A stretch of 63,934 nt of DNA, counting the filler, from Trichomonas gallinae (taxonomy: Eukaryota), in assembly GCA_008369845.1 (NCBI GenBank). It is 9 parts of 9 records of this genome, joined end to end, with 100 filler letters (N's around TTAATTAATTAA, not from the genome) between each part and the next. Parts side by side here need not be neighbours in the genome. Positions count along the whole stretch, not along the records: positions 54,654 to 59,097 come from MRSU01000691.1; positions 59,198 to 60,374 come from MRSU01000695.1; positions 60,475 to 61,651 come from MRSU01000698.1; positions 61,752 to 63,934 come from MRSU01000708.1; 5 more parts are not named here. The stretch is one strand, 5' to 3'. The translations under genes and the position numbers were made by a program. Shown here one piece after another: positions 54,554-63,934 of this stretch (the first letter of the stretch is position 1; each line of letters begins with the position of its first letter). Under the pieces are notes generated by a model. The model saw nothing but the letters and a program-made list of their open reading frames with translations, did no database searches and had not been told where the DNA came from.

Positions 54554-54653
54554 NNNNNNNNNNNNNNNNNNNNNNNNNNNNNNNNNNNNNNNNNNNNTTA
54601 ATTAATTAANNNNNNNNNNNNNNNNNNNNNNNNNNNNNNNNNNNNNNNNNNNN

Positions 54654-55730
54654 CCACTCAATGAGCATCGGAATTATGTGGTCCATCATTCTGACGAAGT
54701 TATCCTGAATGATGTGCTTCAAGCCGTGGCATATCTCACGCTCTGAGTCGAAGTTCCTGCAGTCGGTGTATTGCAGCTCATCTCTGTAGTCGGCTTCTTT
54801 ATCCAACTCATGCTGCTTTCCGATTGCATCCAAAGCTTCCCAGGCAGCTGTTGCTAGTTTAGTTGGCTTCGGCTGCTTGAGCTCCTCCTCCTCTGCAATC
54901 TTTCTCATTGGAACTAGTCCATATAACGCGGATAAAAGGGTCGGAATGTATGTTGGGTAGTACATGTGTCTGATTTCGTGCTCAACCAAAAGAGTTTTGA
55001 TGTAATTGACAACTGCGAGGCGGACAGCGAGAACTCTGTCGTCAACCATCTTTTCTAGCAGTGCAGCAATGTTGTCGGACTGAGCCTCGCTTGCTGTTAC
55101 GACGTAGAACTGTGCTAAAGCGTTCAAAGTTGTCTTACGAATTTCTTGGTGTCTGTGTTTCATGTTGACCATCAAAACTTTAATCAATGGTTCTGATAGG
55201 TCCTTGTAGATTGATTTCTTGATCTTCTTGCACATACTGAGCAAAATTTGGCAAGTTAATAATTTAACATCGGATGCTTCGGATTTTCCTGCAGCTGTAA
55301 GTGCTACAATTGTGGGAGGAACAAAATTATCCCACGTAGATGGATATGTATCGCCACTGACTAAATCAACGAAGTAAAGTAAAAGCGCGAGAATGAGTTT
55401 GAGAACTTCTTCGGTTGTTTCTTCTTCAATGCGTTTGAAAAGTGTTGGAAGAACAGACTCAAGAACATTGTCTAAAGATTTGGTGCCTAATTGTTTGATT
55501 AAAATGTTCAAACAGTTGACACACTTCTCACGAATAGAGTCTGACTCATCGCTGACATGTTTCAGAACAGCAACGAGAATATTTGTAATGTATTCATCGA
55601 CGTTCGGAACGAGATCTGGATAGACTGCGATTTTACTTAATTCTTCCAGACCCTTCGACCTTTTCATCCTTGATGATGCATTTATGAACATAAGCAGCTC
55701 CTGAAGACGCTGCGGTGTGACAGTAGACAT
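54654..55730 (-). CDS. DNAAF5: HEAT-repeat dynein assembly factor (DNAAF5/HEATR2-like), 3'-partial
   Basis: HEAT repeats with KHRHQEIR, DDRVLAVR, RHMYYPTYIPTLLSAL, IGKQHELDKEADYRDELQY and GLKHIIQDNF...IEW in the order seen in DNAAF5. Confidence 0.75.
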
Positions 55731-56202
55731 AACTTATGTAAAATTTTAAAACAGACAAATAAAAGTGACAAGATTTTAAGGGTTTGAGCAAATCAAGTCT
55801 CCAAACTTTGCATTTATAGAGCTTATTTAGAACATATCAAAAATAATAAGACAAATTTTCATTAACTTGTTAAATCACAAAAATGGTAAATTGATATATT
55901 GCTGAATTTCACTTATTGATGCATGATATTTATCGATTTCAATTACCAATCAATTAAATATTTCATTTTCAATTATTACATTTTGATATCCTAATGTTTG
56001 GTACATCAAACATTCATTTGAACATCATCAATTTTTGATTTGATGGAAGTTTTAAGGAAAAATGTTTTATTTAGCGTGTCTGTATGTTGTTTATTGATGA
56101 TTTAATAATAATTTTGTTATTCTAGAATTTTTGATAATGTAAAGTGTCAAATGTCAGAATGATACTTTCTATATTTTTAAACGTTCACTGATCTTGATCA
56201 TA

Positions 56203-57837
56203 ATGACTCGAAATGGAACAATTGAAGAGATATTTGATCGATCAGTGACTGAAATAGATAAAACATTTGACCATGTTTTCAGCCAATCAGTTATTACTGA
56301 TAAAACACACGTAGAAATCGAAAATTTTATCAATTATTCGCAACAGAAAACTAAGAGAGTCGACGAGTATGAAAGAACATTAAGATTGTGTGATGAAGAG
56401 TTAAAAAATAAATACAAAGACTTTCAAGATACATATGTTTCGTTATTGAATCAAATTAATCAAGAAGAATTCGAACTGCATTTAAGGTATCTCAATCTTG
56501 TCGAGTATGAGACACTACACGCAAGTGAAGAAAACGTGTTATCATTTAAAATTAAACAATTAACGGATCAAATCTCCCTATACGAAGAAATATACAATCA
56601 AATGGCCATTCAGTCGCGACAACTATCAGTTATATTGAAATCCGACTATTTTCACAAATTCAAAGAAGAATCTAAAGAATTGGCCCAAAATATACAAGAA
56701 AGTAAAGAGAAAATTACTCAAATATTCACAAATATTCTTTCTCTACAAAATGAAAAGACAGACTTAATATCAAAAACTGTTCATCAAACAAATCAAAATA
56801 TAAAGTCATTGGAAAGTCAAAAAGCACATTTGAACTTAGAAAAGATCCCAATTAAAGAGTATAATTTCGATTCATCTCAGCTTATTACACAGAGAAATCA
56901 CTTGAAAATTAATCAGAAATTCAAAGAAATGGATTTGATAAAACTTGAAGAAGATATTATCAACATAATGGAACAGATCAATAATAAATATGAGTTACAG
57001 TCGAATATCATTAAAGAAATATCATTATTGCAAAAGCAAAGAGATGCATTGAAGAATAAGTCTAAATACTATAGGAATATTGATCTACCACAATTTCTAA
57101 TCAGATATTTCTCTATGAAATGTAATAAACCAAAACCAATGAAATTTGATTTTGATGATAAAGAAGAAGAACTCAGAAGCATCCAAGAAAGCATTAATGC
57201 AGAAAACTCTAAAAGTGCTGATCTTGAAAACCAGAAAAAAGCTTTAAAAATCGAAATTCGCAATTATTTCGAGCAAAAAGAACAACTAACCTCTGAGCTC
57301 CACGCAATAAAAAGGAACATCAAAATCCAAGAAGATATCGCGAAGGAACTCAATAAAAAAAGATTGCAGAACTTTAATCAAGAATATGCTTCACCAATTC
57401 GCGTATGTCCTGCATTACCTATAGTATATAGGGAAAATTATGACTTAGACTCAAAAATTGCAGAAATTGATGAATTATATCGTCAAATATATAATTATTC
57501 AATTAAAATCGATTCTGTTCGGAATCAATTGGCAAAACAAATTTTCATGCCTGTATATAATGATTCCAGGTTAAAGAATTTAAGAAGTACCATTAAAGAA
57601 CTTGAAAATAAATGTATTGAAAAGAAACAGTTTATAGAAGCTCGAAAACTGGCATGCTTTAAGGCAAGAGAGTCATTGCAAAGAATTCTCAATGAATGTG
57701 TAATATTGAGAATTAATGATGATTCAAGAATTGTTAATTCACTGCACGAAGAGGCCCAGAAATGGATTTCCACTGAAAAGAAAGACGAGGTCTCCAATTT
57801 GATGAATTGGATTTGTAAATTGAATTTATATTTATAG
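56203..57837 (+). CDS. Hypothetical coiled-coil protein
   Basis: Long K/E/Q/L-rich ORF; first ATG at 56203. Confidence 0.75.
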   Translation: MTRNGTIEEIFDRSVTEIDKTFDHVFSQSVITDKTHVEIENFINYSQQKTKRVDEYERTLRLCDEELKNKYKDFQDTYVSLLNQINQEEFELHLRYLNLVEYETLHASEENVLSFKIKQLTDQISLYEEIYNQMAIQSRQLSVILKSDYFHKFKEESKELAQNIQESKEKITQIFTNILSLQNEKTDLISKTVHQTNQNIKSLESQKAHLNLEKIPIKEYNFDSSQLITQRNHLKINQKFKEMDLIKLEEDIINIMEQINNKYELQSNIIKEISLLQKQRDALKNKSKYYRNIDLPQFLIRYFSMKCNKPKPMKFDFDDKEEELRSIQESINAENSKSADLENQKKALKIEIRNYFEQKEQLTSELHAIKRNIKIQEDIAKELNKKRLQNFNQEYASPIRVCPALPIVYRENYDLDSKIAEIDELYRQIYNYSIKIDSVRNQLAKQIFMPVYNDSRLKNLRSTIKELENKCIEKKQFIEARKLACFKARESLQRILNECVILRINDDSRIVNSLHEEAQKWISTEKKDEVSNLMNWICKLNLYL

Positions 57838-58004
57838 AATATTTTGTTTGTAGTAAAAATATATTGTTGTTTGTATTTACATCTCCGTGTATTTAGAGTA
57901 TATAACTCCAAAAAAGAAATTTTTATAATATTACAAACAAATAATTAATATAAAAACAACAATTATTAATAATCATGAAGAACTCATGATAAAAATAATA
58001 TAGC

Positions 58005-58985
58005 TTATGTCTGAGACAAGTTAATGATAAATGCTTTCATTGAATCAAAATTATCATTTGTTAATTCAATTAAATCACTCATGCACGTGGCTGCCATAGT
58101 GCACGGTGCAATTGACGGATCTTGCAAACATTTTTCCCAACTTTGCTTTCCCATCACAAATCCATTGATATCAAGCATTGGATCTTTAATGTGTTCTTTT
58201 GTTATCGGATCAATAAAATCTGGAATCGGATTATTTGCATCTACTTCTTTTTCTTCAACAGGCTGAGAACTGGAAGGACTCATCATGTCACTAGATATTT
58301 CATATGCATCTGTTGATTGTACATTTGCGTCTTGTGATGAATTTACAACAGATTCACTAGCTTCTTCATTATCAGAATTTTGTTTTGTTGATTCTGTAGC
58401 TAATTTTGGTGATTTCTTGCTAACTTTTGGTTCAGATCTGTTGTATGGATCATCTCGTGTAGGTTGTAACATGAAATTTGGCGGAAGAGAATTATATTGT
58501 GAAAGATCGATTTTATTTATCAAATCTTTAAGTAAATTAACTATTTCACGCTCTAATGATTCTAAAGCATCAGTTAAAAGTGTAACATCCTGATCAAAAA
58601 GAAACCTTGGATATCCATTCTGTCCAACAGGATAGTTAGTATCTATGTCAACTTGTCTAGAAAGTAATAAATCCCTGTAATGCATCGCGCACTGATATCC
58701 AGCACGTCCATCAAAAGGAATTGAAAAATAACCCCATGGAATTCTTTGTATTTTAAGTGTTTCTCTAAAATATTTCAATCGTTCTATGAATTTTAGTTTC
58801 TCTTCTTGCGAAAACAATCCTTTTTTAGCAGTCTGGTGAAGAAGCGAAGATCTGAAAAAGAAATGATTCGGATTTGTAAGATAAGTAAGATAATAATTAT
58901 GTTCTTGGTCTGTCAGTCCGTTCCAAACTTCACTGGTAAAATGCTTCTTGATAATTCCAGGAAGATTTTGAAGCGAATCAGACAT
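58005..58985 (-). CDS. Myb/SANT-like plus U-box-like domain protein
   Basis: KGLFSQEEKLKF...WGYFSIPFDGRAGYQC and PDFIDPITKEHIKDPMLDINGFVMGKQSWEKCL. First ATG at 58985. Confidence 0.75.
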   Translation of the reverse strand: MSDSLQNLPGIIKKHFTSEVWNGLTDQEHNYYLTYLTNPNHFFFRSSLLHQTAKKGLFSQEEKLKFIERLKYFRETLKIQRIPWGYFSIPFDGRAGYQCAMHYRDLLLSRQVDIDTNYPVGQNGYPRFLFDQDVTLLTDALESLEREIVNLLKDLINKIDLSQYNSLPPNFMLQPTRDDPYNRSEPKVSKKSPKLATESTKQNSDNEEASESVVNSSQDANVQSTDAYEISSDMMSPSSSQPVEEKEVDANNPIPDFIDPITKEHIKDPMLDINGFVMGKQSWEKCLQDPSIAPCTMAATCMSDLIELTNDNFDSMKAFIINLSQT

Positions 58986-59010
58986 TTTTGTCAAAAAAAA
59001 TCAATACACT

Positions 59011-59022
59011 AAAAAATAAAAA
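59011..59022 (-). terminator. Pol III oligo-T terminator of tRNA-Leu
   Basis: TTTTTATTTTTT directly after the discriminator base. Confidence 0.65.
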
Positions 59023-59097
59023 TGGTCACTCTGGGGTTCGAACCCAGGCCCTCGCGGACCAGTGCCTTAAACTGGCGCCTTAGACCACTCGGCCAAA
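59023..59097 (-). tRNA. tRNA-Leu(AAG), 5' end truncated by gap
   Basis: Minus strand TGGCCGAGTGGTCTAAGGCG CCAGT-TTAAGGC-ACTGG, variable arm CCGCGAGG, GGTTCGAACCC, acceptor strand AGTGACC-A; anticodon at 59066-59068. Confidence 0.93.
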
Positions 59098-59205
59098 NNN
59101 NNNNNNNNNNNNNNNNNNNNNNNNNNNNNNNNNNNNNNNNNTTAATTAATTAANNNNNNNNNNNNNNNNNNNNNNNNNNNNNNNNNNNNNNNNNNNNAAT
59201 ATACA

Positions 59206-60339
59206 TTACTTAGCAACAAATCTTATACAGAGGTTTGGTTCTAAGTTTGCGACGCTTCTTTGCGGGTCTCCTGTTGTTGGAACTTTGAAGCCGATTGCAG
59301 TCGTCGTTGTTTTCTGTTTCGTTATAACTGTGAGATCCTTGGACTCTCTGTCGACGCTGGCATCCTTTGGAATTCCAGTGCCGCAGTTTACGTCGAAAAG
59401 CGACTTATTCATTCTAATATCCCACCCTTTGACAGTTCCATCTTCTCCGCCAGTGAGAACAATGTTGTCGTCTCCACCATCGTAGTTGACGAATGTGAGT
59501 GGCCCGTTGTGTCTCATTAGCTGGCAAATTTGATTTTTGTTTCTAACATCCCAAATTCTTGCTGTTGAGTCGGCAGAGCCACTGATAAGGAGGCTTGTGC
59601 CAACATTGCTGAGGCATGTAACTGCTGCAGCGTGTCCAATAAAGACAGAAACTAATTTATCAAAATTTGGATCTAAACAATGGATTGCATGATGATTTCT
59701 CGATGCGAGGCAGAGTAAATCACATACCTCTGTCGAAGATGTGACATTTGGAAGGTTTGTTTTAAGGAATCCCGTTGGATTCAATGATGAATCATCATAA
59801 ACTGAGATATTGCGGCGAGAGCTGAGAATAATGTAATTGTGCCATGATGTGATGCATGAGGACAGGTAAAGAGGAACAGTTGACGTAAGCGGAGGAAGTT
59901 GTGGATTTGTTGGAGAAATTCTATGAATCTGGCGGCCCGAAGCTATGTAAAAAGTATCGCGTGGCTGATTATAATAGAATGATGATATCGAACTATGTAT
60001 ATCTAAATTTGAAATTTGATCATTGTATTTAAGGACATGTTGTTGGTTTGATGGATCGAAGAAAACTATTGCTGGTTTTCCATTCGCATTAGCAATGCCA
60101 TTTTCCAGCATTGGGTAGTTATCGATGTGATTTTCAACATATCCGCGTGTTGGTTGCTGAATTCCGTATCCATTGATTTGAAGGGATTCTGGTAATGACT
60201 GTGGCGCTATAATAGGGTGAAGTTGTTCAATTGGATAAATATTGACTAAGAAATGATTATTATAACTTTGCGTAAGTAATTGTGTCAGATCTATTTCTAA
60301 ATCTTTCTGCTCTTGTATCGTATTTTTCGGTGAGTTCAT
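59206..60339 (-). CDS. WD40 repeat protein, copy 1 (may be 5'-partial)
   Basis: GHAAAVTCL...SGSADSTARIWD and TGGEDGTVKGWD; the frame is open upstream to the gap (PFQSASPISTI). Confidence 0.9.
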   Translation of the reverse strand: MNSPKNTIQEQKDLEIDLTQLLTQSYNNHFLVNIYPIEQLHPIIAPQSLPESLQINGYGIQQPTRGYVENHIDNYPMLENGIANANGKPAIVFFDPSNQQHVLKYNDQISNLDIHSSISSFYYNQPRDTFYIASGRQIHRISPTNPQLPPLTSTVPLYLSSCITSWHNYIILSSRRNISVYDDSSLNPTGFLKTNLPNVTSSTEVCDLLCLASRNHHAIHCLDPNFDKLVSVFIGHAAAVTCLSNVGTSLLISGSADSTARIWDVRNKNQICQLMRHNGPLTFVNYDGGDDNIVLTGGEDGTVKGWDIRMNKSLFDVNCGTGIPKDASVDRESKDLTVITKQKTTTTAIGFKVPTTGDPQRSVANLEPNLCIRFVAK

Positions 60340-60482
60340 TATTGTTGAGATTGGCGAAGCGCTTTGGAAGGGATNNNNNNNNNNNNNNNNNNNNNNNNNN
60401 NNNNNNNNNNNNNNNNNNTTAATTAATTAANNNNNNNNNNNNNNNNNNNNNNNNNNNNNNNNNNNNNNNNNNNNAATATACA

Positions 60483-61616
60483 TTACTTAGCAACAAATCT
60501 TATACAGAGGTTTGGTTCTAAGTTTGCGACGCTTCTTTGCGGGTCTCCTGTTGTCGGAACTTTAAAGCCGATTGCGGTCGTCGTTGTTTTCTGCTTCGTT
60601 ATAACTGTGAGGTCCTTAGACTCCCTGTTGACGCTGGCATCTATTGGAATTCCAGTGCCGCAGTTTACGTCGAAAAGCGATTTATTCATTCTAATATCCC
60701 ATCCTTTGACAGTTCCGTCTTCTCCGCCAGTGAGAACAATGTTGTCGTCTCCACCATCGTAGTTGACGAATGTGAGAGGCCCATTGTGTCTCATTAGCTG
60801 GCAAATTTGATTTTTGTTTCTAACGTCCCAAATTCTTGCTGTTGAGTCTGCAGAGCCGCTGATTAGGAGGCTTGGACCAACATTGCTGAGGCATGTAACT
60901 GCTGCAGCGTGTCCAGTAAAGATAGAAACTAATTTATCTGAATTTGGATCTAAACAATGGATTGCGTGATGATTTCTCGATGAGATGCAGAGCAAATCAC
61001 ACGCCTCTGTCGAAGATGTGATATTTGGAAGGTTTGTTATAAGGAATCCCGTTGGATTCGATGATGAATCATTATAAACTGAGATATTGCGACGAGAGCT
61101 GAGAATAATGTAATTGTGCCATGATGTAATGCATGAGGACAGGTAAAGATGAACAGTTGACGTAAGCGGAGGAAGTTGTGGATTTGATGGAGAAATTCTG
61201 TGAATCTGGCGGCCTGAAGCTATATAAAAAGTATCGCGTGGCTGATTATAATAGAATGATGATATAGAACTATGAATATCTAAATTTGAAATTTGATCAT
61301 TATATTTAAGGACATGTTGTTGGTTTGATGGATCGAAGAAAACCAATGCTGTTTTTCCATTCGCATTGGCAATGCCATTTTCCAGCATTGGGTAGTTATC
61401 GATGTGATTTTCAACATATCCGCGTGTTGGCTGTTGAATTCCGTATCCGTTGATTTGAAGGGATTCTGGTAATGACTGTGGCGCTACAATAGGGTGAAGT
61501 TGTTCAATTGGATAAACATTGACTAAGAAATGATTATTATAACTTTGCGCAAGTATTTGTGTCAGATCTACTTCTAAATCTTTCTGCTCTTGTATCGTAT
61601 TTTTCGGTGAGTTCAT
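60483..61616 (-). CDS. WD40 repeat protein, copy 2 (about 94% aa identity to copy 1)
   Basis: Same length, no indels, about 22 aa differences counted by eye. Confidence 0.9.
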   Translation of the reverse strand: MNSPKNTIQEQKDLEVDLTQILAQSYNNHFLVNVYPIEQLHPIVAPQSLPESLQINGYGIQQPTRGYVENHIDNYPMLENGIANANGKTALVFFDPSNQQHVLKYNDQISNLDIHSSISSFYYNQPRDTFYIASGRQIHRISPSNPQLPPLTSTVHLYLSSCITSWHNYIILSSRRNISVYNDSSSNPTGFLITNLPNITSSTEACDLLCISSRNHHAIHCLDPNSDKLVSIFTGHAAAVTCLSNVGPSLLISGSADSTARIWDVRNKNQICQLMRHNGPLTFVNYDGGDDNIVLTGGEDGTVKGWDIRMNKSLFDVNCGTGIPIDASVNRESKDLTVITKQKTTTTAIGFKVPTTGDPQRSVANLEPNLCIRFVAK

Positions 61617-61751
61617 TATTGTTGAGATTGGCGAAGCGCTTTGGAAGGGATNNNNNNNNNNNNNNNNNNNNNNNNNNNNNNNNNNNNNNNNNNNNTTAAT
61701 TAATTAANNNNNNNNNNNNNNNNNNNNNNNNNNNNNNNNNNNNNNNNNNNN

Positions 61752-61916
61752 GTAAAATAGTCACCAAGTTTCTCAACACTTGGTTGAATAATACATTCTG
61801 TAATACCAGAAGGAACAGCTGTTAATGTTGTACCATCATAAACAAAATCGGACAAACAAACAACAAAAATAGAACTTTTTGAAGCTATATATTCATATTT
61901 ACATAAAAATACTCAT
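61752..61916 (-). pseudogene. 5' fragment of a BspA-like gene with a frameshift near the start
   Basis: SDFVYDGTTLTAVPSGITECIIQPSVEKLGDYF resembles the start of TpLRR/BspA repeats; the ATG at 61916 joins this frame only if one T is added to a T-run. Confidence 0.4.
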
Positions 61917-62092
61917 TATATTTTAATGATATAGTTAAAAGCATTTATTTTTTTTAAAAAACAATTTTATACTTATGGCAGGTAATATCAGATAGTTCAT
62001 TGCGGAGGAAGTAATGGATCCAAAAAGAGCTTGTATTTGAAGTTTAGAACAATTTGTGAAAGCAAGAAGAGTTGTAAATTTCAAAAAAATCT

Positions 62093-62354
62093 ATCAAAAT
62101 GAGGGTTTTTCCATACACTTTTCTCACTAAAACAATGAATTATAATTTACAAAAATGCAAATAGCATTAAAACGGATACTTAATAATATAGCGAAAATAT
62201 GTAAATCTCTCAATTTATCTAACAAACTAGTTCAAAAATTGAAAGATCAAAAATGAGGGTCTTTTCATAAACTTTTTTCACTAAAAAAATGAATTATAAT
62301 TTACAAAAAAGTGCAGATAACATCAAAACAGATACTTAAGATTATAATAATAGC
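62093..62354. repeat. Imperfect direct repeat of about 100 bp, two copies
   Basis: ATCAAAATGAGGGT...TCACTAAAA.AATGAATTATAATTTACAAAAA...GATACTTAA starting at about 62093 and 62246. Confidence 0.85.
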
Positions 62355-62546
62355 AAAAAACACTCTCACAAGACTCGGTTAACCACTGACCAAAAATGGC
62401 TCAAAATTTAAGGTTATATCACCTCACAAATGAAGTCATACAAAGATACGAATAAACCGGCTATTTTTGATTATTTCGAAACAAGCGAGTCACGATCGAT
62501 CAATATTAAACACTTTTTGGAGAAGCAATTTCACTTTTCTGAAAAA

Positions 62547-63506
62547 ATGGAGTTAATGCTTCCAAAACAGGCAAAAATGTTCATGTGGGACTTCAAACAG
62601 GATGGAGACCGCCTTGAAATCAACGCTGAAGTCAATGATGGCTGCAATTTTGTTTTCGAGTACAATCAAGAACAAAATTCTTTGAAATGCACAGTTGATG
62701 AACTCATCTACCCAATCATCTCAGGCATTTTCTTCGCTCCAACACTTTACGCTGAGCACCGAAAAGATGGAAACAAGCATAAAATCGTTGTTCGTAAAGA
62801 ACGCGCAATTGACTGGCCTTACGTCATGGAAAAGCCAATTGATGCTGCTGGTGACTTAGATTTCAACTCTACATTCTTGAAATTCTTAAACGAACAAACT
62901 CCAGAACTCGAATTCAAGGTAAACGCTTTAAAGAATGCCGGATTCATTCCAGCCATGATGTACTTCGCTAAAAAAGCCTTAAATCAGGGCAAGTTTGAGG
63001 AAGCTGTCAAGATTTTGGAAGGTGCTGTTTATTATGACGGATATTTGCCAGCAATTCTCATGCTAGGTGAAGCTCTCATGACAAAGAAGCCGGAAATCGC
63101 CTCTAAATTACTCCAGAGAGGCCAAAAGATGGGAAGTGTTAAAGCAGCTCAATTACTTGGCAATCTTTACAACCCTTTAACTAAATTCGGTGTTGAGAAG
63201 GACCATGAGACAGCAGTTTACTACTACACTAAGGGTGTTAATCAGAATGATCCTGTTTCCATGGTTTATCTCGCTCAAATGATCGAAAGGGGATTGGCAC
63301 CAAACACAGGCTTCGATCCAAAGAAGCTCTACGCGGATGCAAAGGAAATTGACCCATCTATCGTAGTCCAGAATTCAAGAAGTCTTTTCTCTTTCAATGC
63401 AAATCTTTCAGAGCACAAGTGGTGGCTCATTGGTGGTGCAACTGCAGTTGCTGGCGCGTTCATCATCTACAAAGGTGTCAAATCACTTCTCAATAGAAGA
63501 CATTAA
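62547..63506 (+). CDS. Tail-anchored Hsp20/CS-like plus Sel1/TPR protein (hydrogenosomal Tom36/Homp38-like), about 319 aa
   Basis: WDFKQDGDRLEI...IVVRK..IDWP CS-like domain, Sel1 repeats (LLGNLY...GVEKDHETAVYYY), C-terminal TM WWLIGGATAVAGAFIIY and basic tail. The TCACTT initiator at 62531 favours ATG 62547 over 62430. Confidence 0.7.
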   Translation: MELMLPKQAKMFMWDFKQDGDRLEINAEVNDGCNFVFEYNQEQNSLKCTVDELIYPIISGIFFAPTLYAEHRKDGNKHKIVVRKERAIDWPYVMEKPIDAAGDLDFNSTFLKFLNEQTPELEFKVNALKNAGFIPAMMYFAKKALNQGKFEEAVKILEGAVYYDGYLPAILMLGEALMTKKPEIASKLLQRGQKMGSVKAAQLLGNLYNPLTKFGVEKDHETAVYYYTKGVNQNDPVSMVYLAQMIERGLAPNTGFDPKKLYADAKEIDPSIVVQNSRSLFSFNANLSEHKWWLIGGATAVAGAFIIYKGVKSLLNRRH

Positions 63507-63911
63507 ATTTTCTTTCCTAAAATCATGCTTTTTGGTTTAATAGCTTGCCAATTTATTTTTACTGACTCTTCACTTCTGTTTTGCACACTTATTCCATATT
63601 TTTAGGCAATAATAAAATTTTTAATTTCGATTTTGAATTATTGGTCCTATAAGGGAATTAAAACCAATATTTAGATCATAATAATATTAATGCAATAACT
63701 CTCAATATGCAATGATTATATTTTTTAATTTCATCAAAGATATTTGCTGATAACATCTGTTATTGAAGCTAACTCTATATGCTCCATTTCCACTATCCGG
63801 TTTCACCATCCGTGCATCACAAGCAATCATTGATATAATATTGAATCAATCATAATAAACTGATTTTCAAAAGTCAGGTCTGAAACGAAAGGTCACATAA
63901 AGGTACCAAAA

Positions 63912-63934
63912 ATGGGCTCCCAGTTAGCACTTAT
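63912..63934 (+). CDS. Probable start of a gene leaving the window (MGSQLAL, myristoylation-like N-terminus)
   Basis: ATG after an A-run with TCACA upstream; only seven codons visible. Confidence 0.3.

Noticed and set aside
29246..61751. Eight regularly recurring TTAATTAATTAA palindromes
   Set aside because: Each sits inside an identical 100-bp N spacer: an assembly linker, not a CRISPR repeat or biological motif.
1..63934. Spliceosomal introns
   Set aside because: I saw no canonical trichomonad ACTAACACACAG 3' motif, and the recognisable genes are uninterrupted. Very short introns could be missed by eye.

Overview
AT-rich eukaryotic DNA with compact, apparently intronless genes, most consistent with a trichomonad (Trichomonas vaginalis or a close relative). 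Evidence: TCAYT initiator, AAAGTGAC and CCTTT core-promoter motifs close to start codons; stop codons often embedded in TAAA; Bap-like and BspA-like surface families; and a hydrogenosomal Tom36/Homp38-type protein. The window is nine contigs joined by eight artificial 100-bp spacers (N-run, TTAATTAATTAA, N-run), so adjacency across spacers has no biological meaning. It holds about 30 protein genes, including PI4KIII-alpha, a RasGEF-like protein, GT61, NAC-beta, calreticulin, a DRAM/Sfk1 protein, an amino-acid transporter, Rac, a Tubby-like protein, a PPP phosphatase, a Tul1-like RING ligase, an exportin-7-like protein, a TKL kinase, RPL3, a DNAAF5-like protein, a Myb/U-box protein and a WD40 pair, plus two gap-truncated tRNAs. 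The best-supported unannotated structures are a 140-bp MITE with 13-bp TIRs, an 8-bp target-site duplication and a matching empty site 1.5 kb away, and a TTAA-flanked Kolobok-like repeat seen three times. Other leads are a GC-rich foldable island upstream of NAC-beta, a strongly codon-biased orphan protein and a dense motif array upstream of RPL3. I found no multi-gene novel system I can support. All family calls come from motif recognition by eye; no searches were run.
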